A stretch of DNA of 64,000 nucleotides from a virus. The stretch lies in IMG/VR virus record IMGVR_UViG_3300036772_000367, positions 32,001 to 96,000 of that record; one strand, given 5' to 3'. A program made the translations under genes and the position numbers. The notes beneath the pieces were generated by a model that saw nothing but the letters and a program-made list of their open reading frames with translations, searched no databases and had not been told where the DNA came from. Shown in pieces: positions 1 to 9,024 of this stretch. Position 1 is the stretch's first letter. Each line of letters begins with the position of its first letter.

Positions 1-2
1 CC

Positions 3-434
3 AACCCGCCGGGTCAGCACCACGAGGCACGGGTGGTCGGTGATCTGAACCCCGACAATTTCTCCACGGAATGGGGGACCATCGAGGTCGGCGGCGGTAC
101 GTACGCCATGCCCGGCTGGGACCTGATGTTGGACAACTTCGTGAAGGAGTTCAAGGACGAGGCTGTGATGCCCACTCTCGGTCTGCTCGTCGTGACCGAC
201 GGTGAGATGGCCGACCTGTCCCAGTTCGCCGCGAAGATCGGCGGTGTCGGTGACACCGTGAAGGTGGTCATGGCCGTGCACGGATATGGTGCCGACCACG
301 ACCGTGCGGTGACCTCCTACCGCGCCGTGGAGAAGGCGCATCCCGACGCTCTGCGGGTCCTCCAGGTGGTGCCGAACACGAGCCCCGATGTGGTGGCTGA
401 TGCCATGCTGACCCTTCTGGGTCTGAACGGCTGA
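3..434 (+). CDS. vWA-like domain protein, C-terminal part (runs in from left edge)
   Basis: Frame is open from base 3; GGGTYAMP and LLVVTDGE resemble the vWA MIDAS T and D motifs. Confidence 0.6.
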   Translation, partial: NPPGQHHEARVVGDLNPDNFSTEWGTIEVGGGTYAMPGWDLMLDNFVKEFKDEAVMPTLGLLVVTDGEMADLSQFAAKIGGVGDTVKVVMAVHGYGADHDRAVTSYRAVEKAHPDALRVLQVVPNTSPDVVADAMLTLLGLNG

Positions 435-501
435 ACCACGGTCGATCACCACATCACAATGCCGCTGTCTCGCTGAAAGCCAGCGGTCAAGAAAAATCGA
501 A

Positions 502-648
502 GTGACAACAAAACACAAGGTCGAAGTGATCCACGCTCCGGACTATTGGCGAGCTATCTGTACGTGCGGTTGGAAGGGCAAGGTTCGGCGTCATGCTGCT
601 AAGGTGCATGAAGATGCTCTTAACCATGGCAAGGAAAACTGGAAGTAA
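502..648 (+). CDS. small putative Zn-binding protein (48 aa, not in ORF track)
   Basis: GTG..TAA: MTTKHKVEVIHAPDYWRAICTCGWKGK...ALNHGKENWK; H..CxCGW..H pattern. Confidence 0.55.
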   Translation: MTTKHKVEVIHAPDYWRAICTCGWKGKVRRHAAKVHEDALNHGKENWK

Positions 649-686
649 TAAACAACCCCGCCACACATTGTGGCGGGGTTGTTTAT
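648..686. terminator. perfect 18-bp inverted repeat, probable terminator
   Basis: ATAAACAACCCCGCCACA-cat-TGTGGCGGGGTTGTTTAT directly after a stop codon. Confidence 0.75.
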
Positions 687-703
687 ATGAGAGGATGTAT
701 TCC

Positions 704-1024
704 ATGCGCAAGATCGCTACGAACGTCACCGCGACCGAGAACTGCACCAATGCGGAGATTGCCATCTCAGGTTTCCTCACCGTGGTGCTGGTCGAGCAGG
801 TAGCCAAGAACCCCGACGAGTACGAGATCGTCCTGGACGACCGCCTGAAGGGCACCAAGACAGAGATCCCGTTCGACTGCATGGGGTCCTTCACCGAGGC
901 GGTGGCTGCCGCCGGTCGTGCCCTGCTTCAAGCCGCTCAGGATGCGAAGCTGGACGACATGGACGGAGTACTTGCCAGCGAGATGGCGAAGTCCTTCGAA
1001 CGGACTGGCTCTACCGAAGTGTAG
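704..1024 (+). CDS. hypothetical protein
   Basis: ATG at 704 after GAGAGGA; GC3-rich codons. Confidence 0.7.
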   Translation: MRKIATNVTATENCTNAEIAISGFLTVVLVEQVAKNPDEYEIVLDDRLKGTKTEIPFDCMGSFTEAVAAAGRALLQAAQDAKLDDMDGVLASEMAKSFERTGSTEV

Positions 1025-1099
1025 TGAGAAACCTTGCTATGAGCCTTGTCTCCTGGTAACGTCAGTCTTGTCAGTCACCCGACCGCACTGGAGGTCAGA

Positions 1100-1321
1100 A
1101 TGCCCGGTTCGATCCCTGATCGTGGCATGGAAGCACTGGTCCAGGTTGCTGGATCGATGAGCGACTTCGATGCTCGTATCTTGGTGGAAATCGGAGGCAT
1201 CCAGTACTGCCTGGGCTCACTGGGGAGCACCGACCTGGTCGAGTTGGCCAGCTATTTCCGCGACGCGGGGAATGCGATCGATCTTTTGTTTCTTGAAGCC
1301 AAGGTCGACGGCAGTCTGTGA
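1100..1321 (+). CDS. hypothetical protein
   Basis: GGAGG RBS then ATG at 1100. Confidence 0.6.
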   Translation: MPGSIPDRGMEALVQVAGSMSDFDARILVEIGGIQYCLGSLGSTDLVELASYFRDAGNAIDLLFLEAKVDGSL

Positions 1322-1500
1322 CCGACAACCATCAACACAATTACATCGGAGGTCTCTTGAGCATCAAGATCGAGCGTCGGCTGCGATGGGGCGCTCTGTT
1401 CATCGCCATCATGGTCTTGGAAGTGGCGTCGAAGCAATTGACCAAGATTCTCACCAAGGAGATGCGCGACGCCAAGGGTGCTCGTTGCAAGCACTCGTGA
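1318..1500 (+). CDS. small membrane protein
   Basis: GTGA overlap with upstream gene; one hydrophobic segment (WGALFIAIMVLEV). Confidence 0.45.
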   Translation: MTDNHQHNYIGGLLSIKIERRLRWGALFIAIMVLEVASKQLTKILTKEMRDAKGARCKHS

Positions 1501-1546
1501 CGATCGTTTGATCCACAACCAATACAACCGCACCGGAGGTTTTACC

Positions 1547-1846
1547 ATGAACACCTACACCGTCAAGATCACGGGCGACGCACGCTCCATGATGCCGCCC
1601 CACTTCCTGAGCACCGTCGAGGAGACCCGGCTGTCCGCTTCGACGGCGGAAGACCTGGAGCAGGTGATTCGGGCACTCGTCGCTGGCTACCAGGCTGGCA
1701 TGAACCTGCACCTGCCGTTGGAGGACTTCGTGCTGAAGCTGGACGAGAACGGCAACGGCGCCGGCAGCGTCAGGAGCGACAACTGGGAGATCCCCTTCCA
1801 GGTCACCCGCGTGGTTCCGGCCGAGCCGGAGTCGGAGACCGTCTGA
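1547..1846 (+). CDS. hypothetical protein
   Basis: GGAGG RBS, strong GC3 bias, followed by a terminator. Confidence 0.75.
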   Translation: MNTYTVKITGDARSMMPPHFLSTVEETRLSASTAEDLEQVIRALVAGYQAGMNLHLPLEDFVLKLDENGNGAGSVRSDNWEIPFQVTRVVPAEPESETV

Positions 1847-1848
1847 CC

Positions 1849-1888
1849 AAACGAGGGACGTGCGCATCGTCGCACGTCCCTCGTTTTT
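1849..1888 (+). terminator. intrinsic terminator
   Basis: AAACGAGGGACGTGCG-catcgt-CGCACGTCCCTCGTTT followed by T run. Confidence 0.85.
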
Positions 1889-1912
1889 GTGATCGCACTG
1901 GAGGTTTTCGAT

Positions 1913-2455
1913 ATGACCCATGTACGGCGGGAGACTGCGCCCGCACCGACCCCTGACGAGGTCCAGGATGTCCTGGAGAACTCGGGGGCCGGTCAGTATG
2001 CGCTGGCTGTCACGGAGCTGGCTACGAGGATCTGGTGGGACCGAGGCGGTGTTGGTAACCCCTACGACATCGCCAACAGCGATCCGACCCCGCGCATCTT
2101 CCCGGACCGGCTGAAGGTTCTGCTGGAGGAGATGGTGCACGCCCGTACCTTGCTGCCGGTGTCGGAGAAGTGGAATTATCAGGCACGGAGCGCGATGGTG
2201 CCGAATCCCCAACATGGAGCCACCTACTACGGCTTGACCGAGCAGGTGATTGCTGCATGTGAGGTTGGTGAGAAGCGCATGATACGACGCGATGAAGCAA
2301 TCGCCCTGGTCCGACAGGTGCGCGAGTACTACTCCGAGGTACTCAAAGATGTTGTCACGACGCCGTCGGGTGACATCTCACTGTTGATGAGCATCGAGCA
2401 GTTCCGACACTTCTTTGATCTTCCCGATCCCGAGGCCGATGACCACGATGGCTGA
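1913..2455 (+). CDS. hypothetical protein
   Basis: GGAGG RBS, ATG at 1913; 180 aa. Confidence 0.7.
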   Translation: MTHVRRETAPAPTPDEVQDVLENSGAGQYALAVTELATRIWWDRGGVGNPYDIANSDPTPRIFPDRLKVLLEEMVHARTLLPVSEKWNYQARSAMVPNPQHGATYYGLTEQVIAACEVGEKRMIRRDEAIALVRQVREYYSEVLKDVVTTPSGDISLLMSIEQFRHFFDLPDPEADDHDG

Positions 2456-2681
2456 TGAGGATGACATTCAGTTTCTGGCACCGGCTGTTGCCTCGGCACA
2501 GATCGCGGCCGAGCCGCAGATCGTGTCTCTATCTGTCACGGGAGCCACCAGTGACAGACTCGGCTCCTTCTTGGATGTGGTCGAGCATATCGCCCATGCC
2601 ATGAATCTGAATGTCATCCTTGATGTGCCTGGCTACACTCGTGCATTCTATGGCTGGGAGTGCGACATCTGGAATGGCTGA
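2448..2681 (+). CDS. hypothetical protein
   Basis: 8-nt overlaps with both neighbours. Confidence 0.6.
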   Translation: MADEDDIQFLAPAVASAQIAAEPQIVSLSVTGATSDRLGSFLDVVEHIAHAMNLNVILDVPGYTRAFYGWECDIWNG

Positions 2682-2946
2682 CAACGAGAATCGTTATGTC
2701 GATCATATTGCACTCTCCGTGACCTTCACGATGGAGGGACGCGATCTTGACAGCATGTTCGAGAACGCAAAAGTGGAGGCAGCGGCAGTGTTCAATCGCC
2801 CCATTGACCGCCTGTACATTATCAGCCATACTCCTGTGCGACCCGCTACGGCGACGAAATTCCGTGCCCACTTGGATGAGCCTTCCTTTGTGGAGACGTG
2901 GAAAGTTGACGTAACTATTGGCGTGAAACCTGAAGGGGAAGAATGA
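2674..2946 (+). CDS. hypothetical protein
   Basis: overlapping-gene chain. Confidence 0.6.
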   Translation: MADNENRYVDHIALSVTFTMEGRDLDSMFENAKVEAAAVFNRPIDRLYIISHTPVRPATATKFRAHLDEPSFVETWKVDVTIGVKPEGEE

Positions 2947-3272
2947 TGGCTGGACAGCATCGCAGGAATGTCGAAGACCCTGCCGTCGCGATCGGTACTC
3001 TTGCACAGGGAATGGTCACCACGGCCGGGCTCGCGTTGTCCGTCTGGTTGCTGTTGAGTAACTACCAGGCTGCGAATCACGGTTTGTACTTCCTCTATAC
3101 CGTGATTGCGGCGGGGGGTCCTATTCTTGCATTCTTTCTCGGGCGGAAGTTGAAGGGATGGATTTCGGCCTATGAAACGGCACCCCGAGCTGAAGAGAGT
3201 TTTGGATTCTTTGGGGAGCGAATTCAGAGTGAAGTCTACGAAGAACACGCGATATCTGCTCTACGCTCCTAA
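2943..3272 (+). CDS. membrane protein (2 TM)
   Basis: ATGA overlap; two hydrophobic segments. Confidence 0.55.
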   Translation: MMAGQHRRNVEDPAVAIGTLAQGMVTTAGLALSVWLLLSNYQAANHGLYFLYTVIAAGGPILAFFLGRKLKGWISAYETAPRAEESFGFFGERIQSEVYEEHAISALRS

Positions 3273-3372
3273 TGGAGAGTCTTATACAACCCATGCGTCA
3301 ACGGATCCACATAGTAAACGTAATTTAGTCGCCTGGATTCGTCGCAATGGATTACCCAACTTTACAGCTTGA
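3172..3372 (+). CDS. HicA-like small basic protein
   Basis: 66 aa; ...YLLYAPNGESYTTHAS.D..SKRNLVAWIRRNG resembles actinophage HicA-like proteins. Confidence 0.5.
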   Translation: MKRHPELKRVLDSLGSEFRVKSTKNTRYLLYAPNGESYTTHASTDPHSKRNLVAWIRRNGLPNFTA

Positions 3373-3383
3373 AGGAGATCGCA

Positions 3384-3758
3384 GTGACAACGGTAGCGTC
3401 CTGGAAGGACACGCCGGATTACGACGCACTCGTCGAGGAGATCGGTGATCCTCTCGAATGTGTTCGCGATCTTGATCAATTACTCGCCAGCACACAGGTG
3501 ACCTGGAACCAGTTCTTCGCGGAGCAGTTGGATACCAGCTTCCCGCCGCCGGTCGACGTCGAGCAGCTTTTGGCCCAGTACCCCAATCCGCTCTGGCCGA
3601 CCGTGCAGAGCATCTGGGACGAGTTGTGGCCACCACCGGAACCCCCGATCGATCTGGGCTTCCTCTCGTTGCCTCTGGAGCTTCAGGAGCACGCCACCCA
3701 GATACTGAACATGGCCAAGGACACGCTGCTCGCGTTGCCGTCAGAAGTTACCTCATAA
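3384..3758 (+). CDS. hypothetical acidic Pro-rich protein
   Basis: AAGGAG RBS, GTG at 3384. Confidence 0.6.
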   Translation: MTTVASWKDTPDYDALVEEIGDPLECVRDLDQLLASTQVTWNQFFAEQLDTSFPPPVDVEQLLAQYPNPLWPTVQSIWDELWPPPEPPIDLGFLSLPLELQEHATQILNMAKDTLLALPSEVTS

Positions 3759-3778
3759 CCACTTGCACTGGAGAGTTC

Positions 3779-4126
3779 GTGAGTTATCAACAAGTAGCCC
3801 AAGCCCTGAAGGACGGCGCCGATCCAGCCATGTTGTGCCTGACGTGCCCATGGGATCGCTTCTGTGTGCAGTCACCCACAATGACCCAGGCCGAGTTGGA
3901 AGCCAAGATGGATGAGGCTTCCCGGCAGGACGAGGAGCAGGCTCGTACCGCTGAGCTGGAGGGCAAGAGGGTGGGGCTGCCGGTTCGCCTGTTGCTCACC
4001 GCCGCGACGATGACGCCCCATGTCACCAAGGCCGAAATGTGCCCGGTGCTGGCCCTAGGTCTGCGGCTGCCCGAGGGCCAGCAGATCGCGGGAGTGCTCA
4101 AGCAGTACATGCAGACGTCTCACTGA
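3779..4126 (+). CDS. Cys-containing hypothetical protein
   Basis: GGAGAG RBS; CLTCPWDRFC...CP. Confidence 0.65.
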   Translation: MSYQQVAQALKDGADPAMLCLTCPWDRFCVQSPTMTQAELEAKMDEASRQDEEQARTAELEGKRVGLPVRLLLTAATMTPHVTKAEMCPVLALGLRLPEGQQIAGVLKQYMQTSH

Positions 4127-4144
4127 CAAAAAGAAAGAGGATTG

Positions 4145-4405
4145 ATGTCGGCTATTGACGACACGGTCGTATTGTTGCTACACGCGCGGGACAAGATCGA
4201 GCAAACCGGTCAGATGATCGAGGCATTCCGGCGAGAACTGGACGAGGCTGGTGCCCTACTCGTTCAGGCCGGAGGTGAGTACTACGGGACATTCGCACAA
4301 GGGCTCGTATTGGCGTTGGACACGGCCGAGCAGGCTAAGCAGTCCGCTGGAATTGTGGCTAAGGGAATTACTGATGAGGTCGCACGACTCCAGATGCCTC
4401 GATGA
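4145..4405 (+). CDS. small helical hypothetical protein
   Basis: AAAGAGG RBS; amphipathic helical pattern. Confidence 0.6.
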   Translation: MSAIDDTVVLLLHARDKIEQTGQMIEAFRRELDEAGALLVQAGGEYYGTFAQGLVLALDTAEQAKQSAGIVAKGITDEVARLQMPR

Positions 4406-4419
4406 GGAGGGGGAAAACT

Positions 4420-4620
4420 ATGAGTGACCGCGACTACTGAGTGAAGACAATGGCTGCCATGATGCGCGCACGACAATACGGTCATCCGTGTCGTGTTAAG
4501 AATCATGGCAGCCATTGTGAGGTTTCTCAGCGGCGACTTCTCCGAACCCGTGCACACGAAAAGATCCAGTGGCGAAAGGATATCGACAATGCAGTTCGTG
4601 GCGTTCACCGAGATGAATGA
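4420..4620 (+). pseudogene. small ORF with an in-frame TGA at codon 7 (4438-4440)
   Basis: Strong RBS GAGGAGG; MSDRDY*VKTMAAMMRARQYGHPCRVK... Confidence 0.4.
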
Positions 4621-4945
4621 GTCGGAGGGTGAAGACTGGCGCTTCTGGCTTCAGCGCGATGGCAACGAGGAGAAGCTGAAGCAACTGAAGGCTCAGCTCG
4701 ATGAATACGATAAAGAGCATGAAGAATACGAACTGGATATGACTCCTACTGAAAAGTGGGAAGTCGACGTGTTGGTGAAGCACACCACTGGTGGTTATAT
4801 GCCCTTCGAGAATAAGTGCGTGGGGATTCTTCAGCTTCCTGAGCTTGTTCAGGATCATCCACTGGAAGCCTACTACGGTGGCAAGATCAGGAAATGCTTT
4901 GAGGTCTCTGTCGTAGATGATGGAGAGACGGATGCCAATGTCTAG
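4589..4945 (+). CDS. hypothetical protein
   Basis: AAAGGA RBS; MQFVAFTEMNESEGEDWRFWLQ. Confidence 0.65.
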   Translation: MQFVAFTEMNESEGEDWRFWLQRDGNEEKLKQLKAQLDEYDKEHEEYELDMTPTEKWEVDVLVKHTTGGYMPFENKCVGILQLPELVQDHPLEAYYGGKIRKCFEVSVVDDGETDANV

Positions 4946-5183
4946 TCCTGAGGTTGAACGTAGGCTGCTCTGTGAGAGGTTGGGTGCCTGGTACTCCGGT
5001 CGCGAGGATGGAGACTACTGGGAGGTCGGCCCATACCGCATTCGACGTACATTGAAGGATAAGGACAATGTAGAGCGAGCTGTCTTCTTCGGTGGGCACC
5101 GTGTGGAGACATGTGTGGATTTCTTGGAGGCTCTGGAGTACGTGGATCAGCAGATTAATATGAAGGAAGGACATGTCGGCTAG
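4932..5183 (+). CDS. hypothetical protein
   Basis: GGAGAG RBS; overlap chain. Confidence 0.55.
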   Translation: MPMSSPEVERRLLCERLGAWYSGREDGDYWEVGPYRIRRTLKDKDNVERAVFFGGHRVETCVDFLEALEYVDQQINMKEGHVG

Positions 5184-5370
5184 GTATTGGCGCGATACGA
5201 ATTCGAAGCACGTCATCTATCGAACGAATGACGATGGAAGCGTGGATGTTCGTATGAGAAGTAATGGCTGGAGAATTAAGAAGTCGAAGATATACAAGTT
5301 GGCAATTAATCTGATTTCTGACACAACCATGCGAGAAGTCAACAGCAGCGAGTGGAACAAACCAGAGTAA
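5173..5370 (+). CDS. hypothetical protein
   Basis: AAGGAAGG RBS. Confidence 0.55.
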   Translation: MSARYWRDTNSKHVIYRTNDDGSVDVRMRSNGWRIKKSKIYKLAINLISDTTMREVNSSEWNKPE

Positions 5371-5383
5371 AGGATGTATCAAT

Positions 5384-5833
5384 ATGGATGTAGGTGAGGC
5401 CGAACACATTCTGAATCTGGAGGGCACCGGCTACTTTAGTCGAGCTTCGTGCACGGGGTGCGACTTCGTCATGAGAGGCCATGCCGACGACATCCAGCGT
5501 GCCTTCGACCGACAACACGAGGTGGAGCAGCCCTTCGTCGCCCCACCTCGTGTCGCGCTGCCGGAGGCCGCCGAGGATCCCACCCTAGCCAAGATCGAGC
5601 AGCGCATCATCATCCTGCTCACCCACCGAGTGGACTTCCAGACCTCTTCGGCCCTCTACGTGGCCCTGGGGCTCGCCGAGGCGCGCAGCTACCTGTTGGG
5701 TGACCACAGCGACCCGAGGGGCTATGTCAGCGTCCTGATGGCCCGCATTACCCACATGAGCAAGCACCAGCGCGAGAAGCTCCGTCACCCTACGCGCACG
5801 CGGGTCGAGCAGCATCAGTTGATGGAGGGGTAA
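5384..5833 (+). CDS. hypothetical protein with N-terminal H..CxxC..H
   Basis: AAAGGA RBS; 149 aa. Confidence 0.6.
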   Translation: MDVGEAEHILNLEGTGYFSRASCTGCDFVMRGHADDIQRAFDRQHEVEQPFVAPPRVALPEAAEDPTLAKIEQRIIILLTHRVDFQTSSALYVALGLAEARSYLLGDHSDPRGYVSVLMARITHMSKHQREKLRHPTRTRVEQHQLMEG

Positions 5834-6111
5834 TGATAATTTGTATACGCGAGGTGCGAGGCGATGATCGTCTTGCTTCTCCTTGTGTGGAATGTGGGCA
5901 CACTACTGTGGTGCATCCGGGGAAGGTGTCTAATCCTTCCATTGTGGCGTGTGTGATTTGTATGCTCATGCGTCTCCGAGACCCTCAACGTTTTGATGCA
6001 GCCACATCATGGGATGAGATTGAAGGGGCACAAGAGTTCGATCCCATCGATCCCCATCCAGGACAGCCGAATTGGCCCATGCCGGGATGGGCGCGACCGG
6101 AGGATCGATGA
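5833..6111 (+). CDS. Cys/His-rich hypothetical protein
   Basis: TAATG overlap; CVECGH...H...CVIC. Confidence 0.55.
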   Translation: MIICIREVRGDDRLASPCVECGHTTVVHPGKVSNPSIVACVICMLMRLRDPQRFDAATSWDEIEGAQEFDPIDPHPGQPNWPMPGWARPEDR

Positions 6112-6352
6112 GTACTCCACACTTCCAGACCGGTGGGACAGCGGCGATCGCCGAGCGCTCGTGTGAGGCTTGTCAAGTAGACGACCATGGGCGATGCCAG
6201 CGGTATCAGGGCAGCCAACGTGATAATGACCTATGGCATGGGATCCGCAGGATAATGCTTCTTTCGGCGAGCCGTATTATCCCTGGTGTTCTTGTTATGA
6301 ATATCTGCATGAGCAGCAATACCCAGAATACTACGATGGAGAGCTGGAATAA
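6108..6352 (+). pseudogene. Zn-binding ORF apparently frameshifted near 6230
   Basis: The 0 frame gives CEACQVDDHGRC; the -1 frame continues MAWDPQ...PWCSCY and stops at 6352, abutting the next ATG. Confidence 0.45.
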
Positions 6353-6880
6353 ATGTTCGGCCCACTTTGTGGTAGCACTCACCCTACTGGTACCACGTGT
6401 GTGAAACTTCCTGACGGCCATAAATGGTGTCTGGGATGGCATGATGGTGCCATGATCTATTGGGATAATCCGCACTACATACCGGTACCGTCGAAGGTGC
6501 GCGAACGCAGTACTCCCCAAAAGACTTTGACGAAGATGGCTGCTCGCGTTGACCCCTCAACGTCGGTGACAGCCCGAGAGATGGCTGTGAAGGGTGCGGA
6601 ACGCGCGGAGGCGATGTGGACACCGGAACAGCGCCGCGAGGTCTTTGACGCCATCCTGGCGGTCGCCCGAAACCTGAAGCGATTTACTGCTGATGATGTA
6701 TGGCGGCACTTGGACAACACCGTGCCGATAACGATGGGACTGGCCGCTGTTCTACGACGTGCTGTCGCAGCGGGACATATCCAGCCTACCTCGGACTTCG
6801 CCTATTCCACCCGACAGGATCGCACTGATCACGATTACGGTCGGCATCTACGTATATGGCAGTCCACTGACGTGACCTGA
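6353..6880 (+). CDS. putative winged-helix DNA-binding protein
   Basis: C-terminal FTADDVW...GLAAVLRRAVAAGHI...RIWQS pattern common in phage wHTH proteins. Confidence 0.5.
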   Translation: MFGPLCGSTHPTGTTCVKLPDGHKWCLGWHDGAMIYWDNPHYIPVPSKVRERSTPQKTLTKMAARVDPSTSVTAREMAVKGAERAEAMWTPEQRREVFDAILAVARNLKRFTADDVWRHLDNTVPITMGLAAVLRRAVAAGHIQPTSDFAYSTRQDRTDHDYGRHLRIWQSTDVT

Positions 6881-6883
6881 TGC

Positions 6884-6920
6884 CTGTGCCAAGCCTGGAC
6901 TCTCCCGCACAAGAGATAGA
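6884..6920 (+). promoter_or_regulatory. putative phage late promoter motif
   Basis: CTGTG-N21-CAAGAGATAGA at the start of the structural operon. Confidence 0.55.
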
Positions 6921-6975
6921 AGGAGAGCCGACATTCACCGATGGTGAGCGCGGAAGAATCCAGGAAGGCCGGAGA

Positions 6976-8475
6976 ATGCCTGATAGCACCGACGTGCAAC
7001 GGCTGCTGGTGGAGGCAGCGAAGGCACCCACATTGCAGGAGACCCAGCGTCTGGTGACGGCTGCGGAGGATCTACGCAGTCAGTTGTACGCCGAGGCCGC
7101 AGCAGTACGTGACGTTGAGCTGGGCAATGCCCTGGTACTCGACCATCTACGACCGGTTGCCACCTACGAGCGACACAGCACTGCTACCGACTGGATCGGC
7201 GACCTGGTCACCAATTCCGATGCTCGGACCGCTTCTGCACAAGCTCAGGCCCGGGGCACCGTCTGGTTCAACAAGCTGGCCGCTGTGGTTGTGGCCGATG
7301 AGGACGAGTTCGTTCAGCAGGCCCTTGGCATGGCTCAGCGCATCGCGGGCCCCCATGGTGAGCAGGCCCCGGTCGTGAAGCAAGCCTTCCTGGATCACGT
7401 CGTTGCTCTACGACAGCATGATGCCATGTTGCATGAGGCCATCAATCCAGCTACATTTCCCAGCAATCTCAATGGCACCTATGAAGGAATGCCTGAGGGA
7501 TATACCACATCGGAACGCGCACCGGTCATCGAGCAGTTGGAAGCGAATGATGGCCCGAACGCGTCACAGAATGTTGTGCCCGTGAATGATCCGGGGCTGG
7601 GACAAGTAGACACTCAAGTCGAGCGTATCAACAATACCGATCTCGGCGGCCAGAACCAGCCCACCACCAACACGGCTGACCTTGGTCAGGACAAGCAAGC
7701 ATCTCGTCGGACAGTGCACAAGGAGAGCGGTATGCAGCAGGCACAGTGCCCGACCTGCGGACACGGTCGTGTGGCCGTGCGGCAGGCTCCGTTGCCCAGC
7801 ATCGAACAGATCATCCGCCAGGGTGTGTCGGGGCTGGACCAGATCGACCAGACCGTGGATCCCCACGACAACGGTGCGGCGCCCACCCCGTATCCTGCGG
7901 ACGTTGCTTTTCCCTGGACCATGCAGGAAGGCGCACAACAGCAGACCATCAATCAGGCCGAGCAGCAGATCGCGCAGCGTGAGCAGCAAAAGGGTGCCTC
8001 CCGGCGCATGTCCAAGCAGGAGGCCGCCAACTACGCCGCCCAGGAGGCGTACCGACAGGTGATGGCCGGTTACGACGCTTCTGGTTGGGCTGGCGACATG
8101 GGCGCCACACCGCCCGGTCCAGGCCAGCAGGATGGTGGCCCTGGTGCCGGCCCGGCGGTGAACCTGGGCTTCCCCGATCCGGTGTATGGCGAGGGCGGCG
8201 ACAACGGCAATCAGCCGATGCGGCCTTACGGCCAGGACGAGGCGAACGACTACACCAACAACCAGGGCATGAACTACACCCCTGGTCAGCCCACCCAGTA
8301 CGACACCCCCATCCAGACCTCCAATGCTCCGGCTGGTGGTGGCGCACCGGGCTTCCCGAATCCCCCGATCAACAACGGTGCCCAGCAGAAGAAGTCCTCG
8401 GTGGATACCGACCCCGAGCTTCAGAAGGCCCTGGCTTTCGTGCGGCAGCGTCGGGCTTTCCTGGAAGCCAGCTAA
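6976..8475 (+). CDS. head-associated/internal protein with Q/P/G-rich low-complexity linkers
   Basis: ATG at 6976 after GGAG; several basic-x-Ala motifs (RTA, HEA, KQA, RVA, RQA). Confidence 0.7.
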   Translation: MPDSTDVQRLLVEAAKAPTLQETQRLVTAAEDLRSQLYAEAAAVRDVELGNALVLDHLRPVATYERHSTATDWIGDLVTNSDARTASAQAQARGTVWFNKLAAVVVADEDEFVQQALGMAQRIAGPHGEQAPVVKQAFLDHVVALRQHDAMLHEAINPATFPSNLNGTYEGMPEGYTTSERAPVIEQLEANDGPNASQNVVPVNDPGLGQVDTQVERINNTDLGGQNQPTTNTADLGQDKQASRRTVHKESGMQQAQCPTCGHGRVAVRQAPLPSIEQIIRQGVSGLDQIDQTVDPHDNGAAPTPYPADVAFPWTMQEGAQQQTINQAEQQIAQREQQKGASRRMSKQEAANYAAQEAYRQVMAGYDASGWAGDMGATPPGPGQQDGGPGAGPAVNLGFPDPVYGEGGDNGNQPMRPYGQDEANDYTNNQGMNYTPGQPTQYDTPIQTSNAPAGGGAPGFPNPPINNGAQQKKSSVDTDPELQKALAFVRQRRAFLEAS

Positions 8476-9024
8476 GTGGCAACGCACTGGGTCTTCCAGA
8501 TTCCACAGCGCCATGTTGAGCGAGAACTAGTCGCCGCTCATGGTGATGGCTTCGCCACGTTCGCCGAAGGCGTGGCGAAGGGGCTCGGCACCAAGACCTT
8601 CCTGATCTGGCAGACAGTCGTGGTCATCCTCTGGATCACGCTGAACCTTGTCGGTCTCACCGTCTGGCACTGGGATCCCTATCCTTTTATCTTGCTTAAT
8701 CTTGGTTTCTCGACCCAGGCAGCGTACGCGGCACCCTTTATCATGTTTGTAGGCAATCGCCAGGAGAAGCGGGCGAAGATTCGGGCTGACATCGAGTTCG
8801 AGAATGATCTGCGCAATCGTGTATATATCACGGCCCTCTGCCATAAGTTGGGTGTGTCAGTAGAGGAATTGGAGAACGTGGTGCAGCAGGAGTTGACGTC
8901 GGTACGGGATCAAGAGGTCCAGGCCGACATGACAGCTCAGCCTCGGCACAAAGCCATCGTGGACTCCGCCAGCACCGACATTCAAAGCGCTGTCCAGGAG
9001 AAGACGGATAATGGGGCGACCTAA
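8476..9024 (+). CDS. DUF1003-family membrane protein
   Basis: WDPYPFILLNLGFSTQAAYAAPFIM signature. Confidence 0.85.
   Translation: MATHWVFQIPQRHVERELVAAHGDGFATFAEGVAKGLGTKTFLIWQTVVVILWITLNLVGLTVWHWDPYPFILLNLGFSTQAAYAAPFIMFVGNRQEKRAKIRADIEFENDLRNRVYITALCHKLGVSVEELENVVQQELTSVRDQEVQADMTAQPRHKAIVDSASTDIQSAVQEKTDNGAT

Noticed and set aside
465-498. Additional late-promoter-like match CTGTC...CAAGAAAAAT
   Set aside because: Spacing is too short and the TGA half is missing.
6880-6975. ORF-track start at 6880 (similarly 593, 9798, 11693, 46504, 49438)
   Set aside because: The extensions cover promoter or terminator DNA or upstream genes; downstream starts have RBSs.
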